A DNA stretch of 32,000 bases from Trichormus sp. ATA11-4-KO1. Its GTDB lineage: Bacteria; Cyanobacteriota; Cyanobacteriia; Cyanobacteriales; Nostocaceae. The position numbers and the translations under genes are program-made. This document shows positions 8,661 to 18,163 of this stretch, piece after piece (position 1 is the first letter of the stretch; each line of letters opens with the position of its first letter). Where the stretch lies: assembly GCA_019358915.1 (NCBI GenBank), contig JAHHIM010000043.1:1-32000 (forward strand). Reading direction: 5' to 3'. The notes under the pieces were generated by a model. That model had not been told where the DNA came from. It saw nothing but the letters and a program-made list of their open reading frames with translations, and searched no databases.

Positions 8661-10250
8661 ATGAATGAAAATATCTCAAATACAGAAAATCAAGAAAGTT
8701 CATCACTTGTTGATGAAATATTAAACATTGATGAACTGGATGAATCTTTCGTTGAACAAGAAGATAAAGCTCAAGATGAGATTCAAGACGTTGATGAAGC
8801 TGAACTTTTGACCAAGCATAATGTGATTACTTCCCCTTGGTCGAGGCTGGGTATAATTGGTGTACCGTTAGGTATTGGATTTTTGATTTTTTACTTTCTG
8901 TTTAACAACATAATTAACGGCAATTCTCAAGCCACAAACCAAAGTACTAAACCTACAGAAACAGAAGCAACAGAACAATCAACATCTGAATCTAATGATG
9001 GAGATGTTTACGCTCAACTAGCATTAGCTAGACAGTCTGAGCAATTAGAAAAAATTTACCAACAGAAACAAGAAGCACCATCACCTGAGTTACCAGAAAC
9101 CTCTAAAGTTAAACCTGAAACAGTTCCTAATCAATCTCTAACACCGCCGCCACCAGCACCGCCACCACCAGCACCGCCGCCGCCACCACCTAGAAATTAC
9201 TCCCCACCTCCACCTCCACCGACACCGACTCCTCCAAGAGTAACGCTAGAAAGAGAATTAACTCAAGCTCCCGACCCAATCAGTGAACTGAATAGATTAC
9301 GGAAAATGGGGTCATTTGGCAATATCGCCTATGCTGCCAATGAAAATGAATCATTGCCTGCTTCACAGCCCATACTCACAAGAATAGAGTCAGAAGAAAA
9401 CGAACCTGAACTTCCCATTACCAGCCCTCACCAAATTACTCCCAACGCGCTTTCTAGAGAGGGGATTGAGAAGATAGAGCCTCGTTGGCAAGTAGAAAAG
9501 CAAAGCAGACAAGCCAAGATGAATGATCTCAAAATAGCGTCAGTTAACTTTTTACCCCAGGAGGCTCAAATTATCAATGAGCGCCGCAGTCGTTACCTAG
9601 TAGTTGGAGAGTTCGCTAGCGGCACTTTGATTACTCCTTTGGTTAAAGAACAGTCCACTGATACAAATAACCAGCAGAATGAAGACGGCAAGCACTATGT
9701 TGCCAGGCTCACTGAAGACCTCAAAGATAATTACGGAAATGTGGCGATCGCTAGAGGCAGTTTAATGGCATTAGAAATGCTGTCAGTTGATGGTGCAAGT
9801 TACGCTCAAGTACAAGTAACAAGCATCATCAAAGACAACACAGAATATCCCATCAGTGCAGGAGCGATTACTGTACAGGGGGATGGCGGTAAACCATTAA
9901 TAGCTCAACAGCATAAAGATAAAGGCGGCGAAATCGCTAGGTATGACCTCACAGTGGGTTTGGTGAGCGGTTTAGAGAAGATTGGAGAAATTATTAATCA
10001 ACCCGACATTGAAGATGACATTGAAGACGAATTATTAGATGGTCGGATTCGTCGCCGCCGCCGCGTCAACAATAGTCGTCGCAATATTGGTGGGGCTGTA
10101 CTAGAAGGTGCATTCGGGAGCCTCAGCGAGATTATTGGTCGTCGGGCTGAAACTTCCACACAAGAAATTTTGGCTCGTCCCAATGTTTGGTACATACCTA
10201 AAGACACCAAATTAACATTTTTGGTCAACCGTACTTTAGAGCTTCCTTGA
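8661..10250 (+). CDS. virB10: VirB10/TrbI-family T4SS core protein
   Basis: Acidic N-terminus, one TM, long Pro-rich linker, C-terminal beta domain ending in VWYIPKDTKLTFLVNRTLEL (TrbI-like). Confidence 0.75.
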   Translation: MNENISNTENQESSSLVDEILNIDELDESFVEQEDKAQDEIQDVDEAELLTKHNVITSPWSRLGIIGVPLGIGFLIFYFLFNNIINGNSQATNQSTKPTETEATEQSTSESNDGDVYAQLALARQSEQLEKIYQQKQEAPSPELPETSKVKPETVPNQSLTPPPPAPPPPAPPPPPPRNYSPPPPPPTPTPPRVTLERELTQAPDPISELNRLRKMGSFGNIAYAANENESLPASQPILTRIESEENEPELPITSPHQITPNALSREGIEKIEPRWQVEKQSRQAKMNDLKIASVNFLPQEAQIINERRSRYLVVGEFASGTLITPLVKEQSTDTNNQQNEDGKHYVARLTEDLKDNYGNVAIARGSLMALEMLSVDGASYAQVQVTSIIKDNTEYPISAGAITVQGDGGKPLIAQQHKDKGGEIARYDLTVGLVSGLEKIGEIINQPDIEDDIEDELLDGRIRRRRRVNNSRRNIGGAVLEGAFGSLSEIIGRRAETSTQEILARPNVWYIPKDTKLTFLVNRTLELP

Positions 10251-10978
10251 TGAAGATGAATAAGCTAAAAATAACTGGATGGGCTATAGGTCTGTGCGTG
10301 AGTTTTACCCCACTTATCGCCAATGCATCCACACCTATTGTTCGCAGCTTTAAGCAGTCTCAAGTCAGTGGTGAAACTGCGACTTTTCAAACTATCAATG
10401 TTTGGAATGGTCACGGTGTCAGTATCTCATTCTACGAAGTTGGGGAGACAATCAAAAGAGTGTGGTTAGACGACCCCTCCCAAATCCTGGTAGATACTGA
10501 CGGCTGTTTAGAAGGCATCGACCAAAATTGCCAAAATCCTGGTGCCGGGCTGATTCACCTGCGACGAATTAACCGAGTTAATATTCCTGGCTTACCCCAA
10601 GCACCAAGCACTCTGCTAACGATTATTACGCAATCATCAAGTGGAGAGCGCAAGGCTTACAGTTTTCGTGTAGCTACTTCTAATGGCACGCCTAAATATA
10701 GTCAAGTAGTGATTACTAATGATGTGGTTGTGCAACAAGAGAAAGCTATTCCACAACTTCAACCGTTAGTAACTACTCTGAAAACTACACGTAATCTCAA
10801 AAATGGGATAGCTGTTGCTATTAGGAATAAATTGCTCAATCCCCAAGACAAATTACATCAACGCCTAGAAAAATTAATTAACTACTTACAACAAGGAGAT
10901 GAAATTACTACGGCTGCTAGTAAAGCGGTTGTCTCAATGGAATTAGTCAATAAAATCATGGAAATAGGCCAAATTTAA
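10250..10978 (+). CDS. VirB9-like secreted T4SS protein
   Basis: Signal peptide (LIANA), beta-rich domain (TINVWNGHGVSISF...ETIKRVWLDDPS); start overlaps the virB10 stop. Confidence 0.55.
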   Translation: MKMNKLKITGWAIGLCVSFTPLIANASTPIVRSFKQSQVSGETATFQTINVWNGHGVSISFYEVGETIKRVWLDDPSQILVDTDGCLEGIDQNCQNPGAGLIHLRRINRVNIPGLPQAPSTLLTIITQSSSGERKAYSFRVATSNGTPKYSQVVITNDVVVQQEKAIPQLQPLVTTLKTTRNLKNGIAVAIRNKLLNPQDKLHQRLEKLINYLQQGDEITTAASKAVVSMELVNKIMEIGQI

Positions 10979-10980
10979 AA

Positions 10981-12189
10981 ATGACTACAGAAAAACCATC
11001 ACAAAAAGCTAAGAAAGATATTGCTAGTTATCTCATATTGTGGGGCTTATTAGGGGGATTATTTATCCATAGTTTTATCAAACATGGAATACTAAATCAA
11101 GCAATCGGCTGGATGATTCCCCAGGCATCGGCTCAAGTTCCCATTGTTAATTCCCGTTCTGGATTCATGCCGGATTGGTCAAGGCTTCGCTTCAGCGACA
11201 TGATTGTACAAGAAAGCGGTAGCGTGAGGTTTCCAGGAAGATTGGGAACAGAAACTAGGACTTGGAGTGCTGGACAAAGTATCGCCGAATTTTTAGAGTT
11301 GGGCGATTTTGAAGAAGCAGATTTTGGCATAGAAAGACTCAATGTGCAAGCGATCGCTCGCACCCAAGGGACAAACATCAACACACTGCGTTTATCCGAT
11401 TTTGGATTATTAAAAAAGCAATCTATAGCGAATTTAGTACAAGCAGTCCCAAGCTTAAGGAATAGATATGTCAGCCAAGTTCCACCAATCAGAGATTTGT
11501 TGAGGCGATCTGGATGGGGAACTAGCGGAAGAATAGGTGACATTGCTCAAATCAACGGAATAAGACAACTACAGCTTGGGCGAATCGACTTAAGCCGATA
11601 TAGATTGTTAGATATTCCAGGGGTGGAGAGGACAGCGATTCAAAGGTTTGCAAACTGGCAAGATACGTTAATTAAAGACATTCCCGGACTGCCTAACTTA
11701 ACTTGGAACAATTTTCCTAGTATCCCCACAGCTTCCCTGGCATTTATTGGCAAAGTTGATCTACCTTTAGGTGATCTCGAAGCTAACAGAATCCGCAGTA
11801 TTTCTGGTAGTTACCAAGAAGGTTTCAACGTTCCGTGCAATCTTCCTAGTTGCGCTCACTTTGAATTATCTGGGTTTACGCCTGGCGCTACAGGCGCGCA
11901 GTGGATATCAGGTAAATCCCAACAAGTGCGCGGGGGTTTTGGGATTTTACGTGTGGTCAACGGAGGAAGAGAACCCACAGGACGGCATCCGTTTGGTTCC
12001 GCCTTTAAACAAGTGGTGTGGAATATCAATGAAGCTGAAGGTAGGGTTGACACCAGCATGTTTTTTAGAATTTGCAAGCGGATAGCTTTTGTTCGCACTT
12101 GCACTCCCTATTTTATCGGGCCTGTTCCCTTTATCAATTATCGAGAAAAAGACCCAATAATTCTTGGTAATCCTCCTACAGTTCCGTAA
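10981..12189 (+). CDS. MPF_C-associated exported protein (Alr7212-like position)
   Basis: N-terminal TM, internal (I/V)PG(L/V)-type repeats, Cys-containing C-terminal domain; last gene before the coupling protein. Confidence 0.55.
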   Translation: MTTEKPSQKAKKDIASYLILWGLLGGLFIHSFIKHGILNQAIGWMIPQASAQVPIVNSRSGFMPDWSRLRFSDMIVQESGSVRFPGRLGTETRTWSAGQSIAEFLELGDFEEADFGIERLNVQAIARTQGTNINTLRLSDFGLLKKQSIANLVQAVPSLRNRYVSQVPPIRDLLRRSGWGTSGRIGDIAQINGIRQLQLGRIDLSRYRLLDIPGVERTAIQRFANWQDTLIKDIPGLPNLTWNNFPSIPTASLAFIGKVDLPLGDLEANRIRSISGSYQEGFNVPCNLPSCAHFELSGFTPGATGAQWISGKSQQVRGGFGILRVVNGGREPTGRHPFGSAFKQVVWNINEAEGRVDTSMFFRICKRIAFVRTCTPYFIGPVPFINYREKDPIILGNPPTVP

Positions 12190-12282
12190 GAATTCAGTAG
12201 TCAGGAGCCAGAAGCCAGAATTATCAGGGTTTAGAAATATGTAAGAATTCAGCACCCAGGAGTCAGAAGTCAGAATTAATTC
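12186..12282 (+). repeat. Two tandem ~45-55 bp GTAAGAATTCAG...GGAGTCAGAA units (A then B)
   Basis: Units at 12186-12240 and 12241-12282; near-identical reverse-complement copies at 14635-14682 (A) and 14683-14918 (B, interrupted). Confidence 0.8.
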
Positions 12283-12310
12283 TGAATCCTTACACAGTTC
12301 GTTAATAATT

Positions 12311-14101
12311 ATGAGCAAACAAAATACAGTAATCGCGCAACAACCATCACAGTTTAGGCAATTTCCAAATCAGTTATCCACTCAGTTTAATCAACTACAA
12401 GACCCACAACATGACATTGGTAAATATACACATAACTTATTTAGTCCCAACGGATTGAGTCTTTTAGGGATGTTAGGGTTATTGATTATTCTGAAAGTCT
12501 TTTTTGGTGATAGCAATAATAAAAAGAAACTGGCCAGTAGTTATTGGGGAGGAAAAAAAGAGATTGCTGCTGCTAAGAAAAAAGCCCTAAAACAGATATC
12601 AACAATCAAGTGTGATAGTGCTGCTTTATATATTGGCAAGCATCAATTTAAAGGAAGAAAAACAGAAAAAGGTAGTGTGGGTATTCCCTTTTATGTTCCA
12701 GATGCCCAACGAGGTACAGCAGCTATTGGCGCTCCTGGTAGTGGGAAAACTTTCAGTGCTATCAATCCTTTAATTTACTCAGCAATTGACCAAGGATTTC
12801 CCATAATTGCGTATGATTTCAAATATCCATCCCAAGCCAAAATTGCAGCTTATGCCAAGAAAATGGGATATGACGTGCATATTTTCGCCCCTGGTTTCCC
12901 GGAATCTGAAGTCTGCAACCCTATTGATTTTTTAAGAGACTCTGCTGATGCAGAAACAGCAAGACAGCTAGCAACAGTTATTAATAAAAACTTCCGAATT
13001 ATCAGTAGTGCCAGTGAAGATGGTTTCTTTGGCCCTTCAGGAGATCAATTAACGCAAGCAATTTTAATGCTCACTAAAGAATTTGGCGATCGCGCTGACA
13101 TTATGACCTCAGCTGCTATCCTTTCTAGTGAGCAAATGGTCACCCGCTTAATGGCAGCTAACTTAAATCCTTGGATTAGAATCGCTTTTGGTCAGTTATT
13201 TAGTTCTGCTGGTTCTGAGAAAACTGTTGCCGGAATCACTGCTACTGCATCCTTAATGTTTACCCGCTTCATGGCGAAAAACACATTAGGCTGTTTTGTT
13301 GGTAAAACTACTTTACCCTTAGAAATTAAGGGTAAGCAAATGATTATTTTTGGACTAGATAGAGAGCGTCGAGATGCTGTTGCTCCCTTGATGACCAGTA
13401 TTCTACATATGACTGTGGCGAGGAATATTGCTAAAAAACGCCAAGACCCTCTAATAGTAGCTCTGGACGAATTACCCTCAATCTACTTACCAGACTTGTA
13501 TAAATGGCTGAACGAATCTCGAAGTGAAGGCTTTTGTGGTGTCCTGGGCTGGCAGAATATGGGTCAACTTGAGAAGAATTACGGTAAGGAAGTAGCTAAA
13601 ACTATCCTTGGTGCTTGCGGTACCAAGTTTGTCTTTAATCCCGGTGAAAACGATTCGGCACAATTATTTTCTAGCTTTTTGGGAGATGAAGAAATCAGAT
13701 ATAAACACAAAAGCCGTTCCACTGGTGGTGGGAAAGCCAATACGACAACGAGTGAGCAAGAAAAGACTAAGAAACTCTTTGAGTCTGCCCAATTTCTCAA
13801 ATTGCCAGCAGGTAAATGTGTTTTTATCAACCCTGCATATTCCAATAAAAATGAGGGGTCAGTTCCCTTGCTAAAAACTATCAAAATCCCTAAGTCCATT
13901 ATCTCAATCGATGATTACAACCAAGAACAATGGAGTAAATTAGTCGCTAAAATGGCACGACGAAGCACCCAAAGACCTCCGACACAACAAGATTTAGATA
14001 TCAGAATTAGAGAAGTAGACCGGAGACTGCCAATACCTGAAGACCCTGTGGAACCTGGGGTTCAGATGTTGCCTGTAGATAGCCTCAAATCAATGCTGTA
14101 G
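12311..14101 (+). CDS. virD4: Type IV coupling protein (VirD4/TraG/TraD family)
   Basis: N-terminal TM, Walker A GAPGSGKT, YDFKYP, NPIDF, Walker B VALDEL, GWQNMGQL, SSFLGDEEI. Confidence 0.92.
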   Translation: MSKQNTVIAQQPSQFRQFPNQLSTQFNQLQDPQHDIGKYTHNLFSPNGLSLLGMLGLLIILKVFFGDSNNKKKLASSYWGGKKEIAAAKKKALKQISTIKCDSAALYIGKHQFKGRKTEKGSVGIPFYVPDAQRGTAAIGAPGSGKTFSAINPLIYSAIDQGFPIIAYDFKYPSQAKIAAYAKKMGYDVHIFAPGFPESEVCNPIDFLRDSADAETARQLATVINKNFRIISSASEDGFFGPSGDQLTQAILMLTKEFGDRADIMTSAAILSSEQMVTRLMAANLNPWIRIAFGQLFSSAGSEKTVAGITATASLMFTRFMAKNTLGCFVGKTTLPLEIKGKQMIIFGLDRERRDAVAPLMTSILHMTVARNIAKKRQDPLIVALDELPSIYLPDLYKWLNESRSEGFCGVLGWQNMGQLEKNYGKEVAKTILGACGTKFVFNPGENDSAQLFSSFLGDEEIRYKHKSRSTGGGKANTTTSEQEKTKKLFESAQFLKLPAGKCVFINPAYSNKNEGSVPLLKTIKIPKSIISIDDYNQEQWSKLVAKMARRSTQRPPTQQDLDIRIREVDRRLPIPEDPVEPGVQMLPVDSLKSML

Positions 14102-14110
14102 GAGTTTTCA

Positions 14111-14623
14111 GTGAGAGCAAAGATTAGAGAGGAAGCTATCACTGACTTTCAACATATATACCAATTGGATCAAACAAAAAAAAGATTGCTAGGAAACATA
14201 GTAAATGTTTTAGGAGCTACATCACACATTGTCAGTGCTTTTTACAAACAATCCAGCAAGAGACCCTCATTAAAGAAAGTTGGTATATATGTCAAGCTTG
14301 TATTTAAGCATGTCCAAAAAATACTTGATGAAAAATATTATGAGCAAATTATTTACAGGTATCTTCAAGGAATTGGCTGGAGCGATTTACAATATATAGC
14401 TTTTATTGCTGTTAGGAGAAATTTAGTGGAAATTGACATTATTCTCAATCGAGTTATCTCTAGCACTAAAATCATCGATTTAAAATGCTTGGGTGCTACC
14501 TGGATGCAATACGAAATTCTGCAAAAAGTATATACAGAAATAATTAACACAGCCAATAGTAAATTTGTAAAGATTCAGAATTCAGAATACAAGAGTCAGA
14601 ATATTTCAAACTCTCATATTTGA
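14111..14623 (+). CDS. Degenerate MOBP-like relaxase domain lacking HUH histidines
   Basis: Collinear with the MOBP pattern: LDEKYYEQIIYRYLQGIGWSDLQY...EIDIILNRV versus LDDxxWxxIAxxYLxxMGFxxxQY...HxDxxxxHxHIxxNRV. GTG start with AGGAG RBS at the virD4 stop. Confidence 0.6.
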   Translation: MRAKIREEAITDFQHIYQLDQTKKRLLGNIVNVLGATSHIVSAFYKQSSKRPSLKKVGIYVKLVFKHVQKILDEKYYEQIIYRYLQGIGWSDLQYIAFIAVRRNLVEIDIILNRVISSTKIIDLKCLGATWMQYEILQKVYTEIINTANSKFVKIQNSEYKSQNISNSHI

Positions 14624-14918
14624 TAAATAAACTAATATTCCTAAACTCTGATAATTCTGACTCCTGACTACTGAATTCTTACATTCCTAAACCCTAATTA
14701 ATTCTGATTTCTGACCTTTTTTGAATTCAAAATGCAAAATGCAAAATGCAAAATAAAATTTTGCAATTGATTAATTCGCTCGTTCAAGCCCCCGCCATAA
14801 TCTTTAATTTTGTAAAGCCCTGGCGGGCATGGCTGCGCTTACCGCGCAGCGTGCCTTGGGCTGCTATTAATAATTTTGAATTTTGAATTGATTTGACTCC
14901 TGAGTGCTGAATTCTTAC
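14568..14918. repeat. TTCTGAC/GTCAGAA heptamer-flanked composite element hosting a nested insertion
   Basis: Left arm TTCAGAATTCAGAATACAAGAGTCAGAAT; two right arms ending GAATTCTTAC at 14682 and 14918. Confidence 0.7.
14712..14897 (+). mobile_element. TTCAAAA/TGCAAAA-flanked MITE-like element with TGAC target duplication
   Basis: TGAC at 14712-14715 and 14894-14897; excision restores TTCTGACTCCTGAGTGCTGAATTCTT. First 37 bp identical to 20044-20080. Confidence 0.8.
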
Positions 14919-14927
14919 CTCAATTTT

Positions 14928-17324
14928 ATGTTTGATCCAAATTCCGTAAATCTTGTTTCCATTTTTTCTAGGGAAGATTATCAAAGAACTCTGAAAATTT
15001 GGAATGAAGCAATTGTGCCACTAGTTGAAGCAATTTCTGAGCGTTTAGAGTATGAATGGGACAAGAGAGCAAAGATAGAAATTGGATATGATACTTATGT
15101 CATGAAGCCCAATGAATCAGGGGGGTATTCGTGGTCAAAGATTGACCCCCTGATTGATATCGAATGGGATTTTGATGATGATTTAGAAGAAGTAAACAAA
15201 GCCACTACGGAGCCGGTTACATCATCACCTGCCGCTTCCCCATTTTCATCAACTGAAGCCACTCCTTTACCTGGAGTTACTTCAAAAGAGCCAGCCCATA
15301 ATGAAAACACACCAGATTCACCAAATTCCTCTACAGTCTCTCCTACTCCATCCCCTCCAGATCATATTGATTTGGAACATTGGCAAGAAATAGTGGAGGG
15401 CAGTGCCATTGACCCAGATATTGCCAGCCGCAATTTTAAAAGTCTTCAACACGACTCAGTAGAACAAGCAAATGAGGCGTGGGAATACCTGATGTACAGT
15501 AACAACATCTCCCGCCGTAACGATGGACGGCTCAGAGATGGAGATTTAAACAGATATCAGCACCTAGAAAAAGGCGGTTGGTGGTGCAATGCTGGGGTTG
15601 ACCCTCGCTCATTCCCAGATTTACAACCAGGCGACAAACCCGATGAAAAGCTGTGGGGATGCTTCAAACCTAACGCACCTAGGGAAAGTAGTGATAAACC
15701 TGGTAAATTCATCAAATACGAGCATCCACCCAAAACTGACTTGAGTATCTTTTTACTGGATGTGCCTGGCGCGATCGCTAACAAAATTTACGACAAAGCT
15801 GGAGTTAATCCAACCGAGAGCGATCGCCAGAGTGGATTTTGGTACTGTGCTTGGAAACATAATCTACCCATAATTGTGACTGAAGGTGCTAAAAAAGCAG
15901 GCAGCTTGTTAAGCCAAGGTCATGCAGCTATTGGATTACCGGGAATTAATGCTGGCTACCGTAGTCGAGATGAACAGGGGAATCCCATTCAGCCTCAACT
16001 GCGTGAAGAATTTGCCATGTTTGCGAATAAAGGTAGAGATATCAAATTCTGCTTTGACCACGATATCAAGCCGAAAACCATTCGTAATGTGAACATTGCT
16101 CTATTACAAACTGGTAACTTACTTGAGAAAGCTGGGGCAAACGTTAGTGTCATCGCGCTGCCTGGCCCTGAAAAAGGAGTTGATGATTTTACAGTCAAAC
16201 AGGGTTCAGTTGCTTTTGAACAGTTATTTAAAGAAGCTCAACCTTTAAAAGAGTGGCAGAAAAATTACCAACCACCTGATTTAAAATTCACAATCTTGTT
16301 GAAAAACGGCGAGGTACTCAAACTTTATGAAAAACAGGCAGACGGGACTGTTAGTGCCAATCCAGCTAATTTGTCATCAGAAGAAGTTGCTAATTCTATC
16401 CCTAAACCTCGCTCATCTCCAGAACCGCAAGCACCTATTAATTCAAAAAACTCAGAAAATAACAGTAGTAAAGAAGAAGCTAATCCCAATGTTGCACTAC
16501 CTTTAATTGAAAATAATGATAATTATCATGAATCTCAAAATCAACAATACTGGGCAGCACAACAACAAGTGCCAATCTACGCCAAAACTCTTCCTAGACA
16601 ATTTCTACTGAAGAAAGAAAATCAAGATATTGCATCTACTGCCAAGCAACTTATTGATAATTATGGAGTGGAATTAGATGATAGTAGCTTGGTTTACAAG
16701 AGTGATGCTTTTACCGTAAGGAAATTTCGTGACACTTACAGTATCCACCGTGCCGAAGATGAACAGAATACTTATTTCGCTCAACCTCTGATGCAATTTG
16801 AGATTGATAAACAAGGTAAGATTGCCATTACCAAAGAGCCGGAAAATATGCTGGCAGTAGAACGACAAGAATTTTTAAATGTTGCTAGCAAGGAAAATCA
16901 ACTACCTTCATTTTATGAAGATGCTAAAACACTTAAATCTCATCTAGGTTCTCTTGCTCCTTTGGGAACTCAAGAAACTATAAAAAAAATACAGATATCA
17001 GAAATTGGTCAACTGCTTAATAATACTTTAAATACAGCACAATCTCGTCATCTACAAATAGGAGCTTACCGAATTAAATCTGAGAATAATCCCCAGACTG
17101 GTGATAACTTTATTAAATTGTTTAAAAAAGAAAATAATTTAGATAGAGAAGCTATCAAGATTAATTTAACTACAAATGAAGCTCATACATTTAAAATTGG
17201 ACAGCAAGATGTCGAAAACCTCCAACTAATTGCTAAGAGGGTACAGTTAGAATATTCTCAACCACAATCTAGACAACAATTTCGCCAAAGTCGCAAGTCT
17301 AAAAATCCCGATATCGAATTATAA
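14928..17324 (+). CDS. DUF3854 (Toprim) primase-like protein with long C-terminal extension
   Basis: KYEHPPK, IIVTEGAKKAGSLLSQGHAAIGLPG, FCFDHD, KGVDD motifs; ATG 14928 preferred because GTG 14904 lies inside a repeat. Confidence 0.8.
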   Translation: MFDPNSVNLVSIFSREDYQRTLKIWNEAIVPLVEAISERLEYEWDKRAKIEIGYDTYVMKPNESGGYSWSKIDPLIDIEWDFDDDLEEVNKATTEPVTSSPAASPFSSTEATPLPGVTSKEPAHNENTPDSPNSSTVSPTPSPPDHIDLEHWQEIVEGSAIDPDIASRNFKSLQHDSVEQANEAWEYLMYSNNISRRNDGRLRDGDLNRYQHLEKGGWWCNAGVDPRSFPDLQPGDKPDEKLWGCFKPNAPRESSDKPGKFIKYEHPPKTDLSIFLLDVPGAIANKIYDKAGVNPTESDRQSGFWYCAWKHNLPIIVTEGAKKAGSLLSQGHAAIGLPGINAGYRSRDEQGNPIQPQLREEFAMFANKGRDIKFCFDHDIKPKTIRNVNIALLQTGNLLEKAGANVSVIALPGPEKGVDDFTVKQGSVAFEQLFKEAQPLKEWQKNYQPPDLKFTILLKNGEVLKLYEKQADGTVSANPANLSSEEVANSIPKPRSSPEPQAPINSKNSENNSSKEEANPNVALPLIENNDNYHESQNQQYWAAQQQVPIYAKTLPRQFLLKKENQDIASTAKQLIDNYGVELDDSSLVYKSDAFTVRKFRDTYSIHRAEDEQNTYFAQPLMQFEIDKQGKIAITKEPENMLAVERQEFLNVASKENQLPSFYEDAKTLKSHLGSLAPLGTQETIKKIQISEIGQLLNNTLNTAQSRHLQIGAYRIKSENNPQTGDNFIKLFKKENNLDREAIKINLTTNEAHTFKIGQQDVENLQLIAKRVQLEYSQPQSRQQFRQSRKSKNPDIEL

Positions 17325-17343
17325 TTAGTGGGAATCATCTACT

Positions 17344-18162
17344 ATGGAACAAGGTAAATCTTCAACTCTAGAAAAAATTAAACAAGTTAATCCTGGAGGC
17401 ATCTCAGATAATATGATGGTTGCCAGGCTTTCTCGTATATTGAATGAGACGAAAAATGCAGAAAAAGAGAAAGATAATTTAACAGTTGATTCTCCTGAAC
17501 GCCAGCAGCAACCACAACAAGAATTAGGAAAGTTATTATCTCAAGGGCAAAATACTGATGAGTACAAACAGCAACTCAAACAGCAATACCTCTCCCAATA
17601 TTTAGCTAAATTTGGACTAGAAGAGCAGAAGCCTCAACCTCAACCAAGTGCAGTAATTACTCAACTTGAGAAATTATCTGAGCGTCAAAAATCACGTCAA
17701 CAATCTGTGCCACAAAAACAGAGTATTTCATCAATAGTTAAAGACAAATTTAGCAAAGCAGTAGAATCAGTTATGGGGCAGAATGAGCGAACAAATAAAG
17801 ACCAGGAGAAGAAACCATTTATCATAGCAGTTATGGATGCCATTATCACCAGGGGTAAAAATATTGGCAATGGAATTAATACCTATGAAAATGAAGGATA
17901 TAAAGCTCAACTTCAAGTTCAAAATACTAAACAGATTCTTAGTATAGACCGCAAGAAACTACAACCGCAGCAACAGAACCCAGCTTTTCAAGCCGAAAAA
18001 GAGGGAGCAAATGATTTTAAGATTTTAAGAGACGATCTCTCTCAAGCAGAAGTGAAAAACATAGTTGAACTTAATCAACAAGAGCCACCATCACAATCAC
18101 CACAAACTCGAATTCAACAAAAGCGAAAAGAGAAAGATAAAGGTCTAGACATTGGTGATTGA
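17344..18162 (+). CDS. Gln-rich hypothetical protein, candidate T4SS substrate
   Basis: 272-aa ORF co-directional with the operon; basic C-terminal tail QQKRKEKDKGLDIGD. Confidence 0.7.
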   Translation: MEQGKSSTLEKIKQVNPGGISDNMMVARLSRILNETKNAEKEKDNLTVDSPERQQQPQQELGKLLSQGQNTDEYKQQLKQQYLSQYLAKFGLEEQKPQPQPSAVITQLEKLSERQKSRQQSVPQKQSISSIVKDKFSKAVESVMGQNERTNKDQEKKPFIIAVMDAIITRGKNIGNGINTYENEGYKAQLQVQNTKQILSIDRKKLQPQQQNPAFQAEKEGANDFKILRDDLSQAEVKNIVELNQQEPPSQSPQTRIQQKRKEKDKGLDIGD

Positions 18163-18163
18163 T

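Noticed and set aside
9140..9240. CCGCCACCAGCA-type tandem repeats
   Set aside because: They encode the ordinary proline-rich linker of VirB10.
12186..12282. Repeat units as a CRISPR array
   Set aside because: Only two degenerate heptamer-based units, no unique spacers of regular length, no cas genes. No CRISPR array was seen anywhere in the window.
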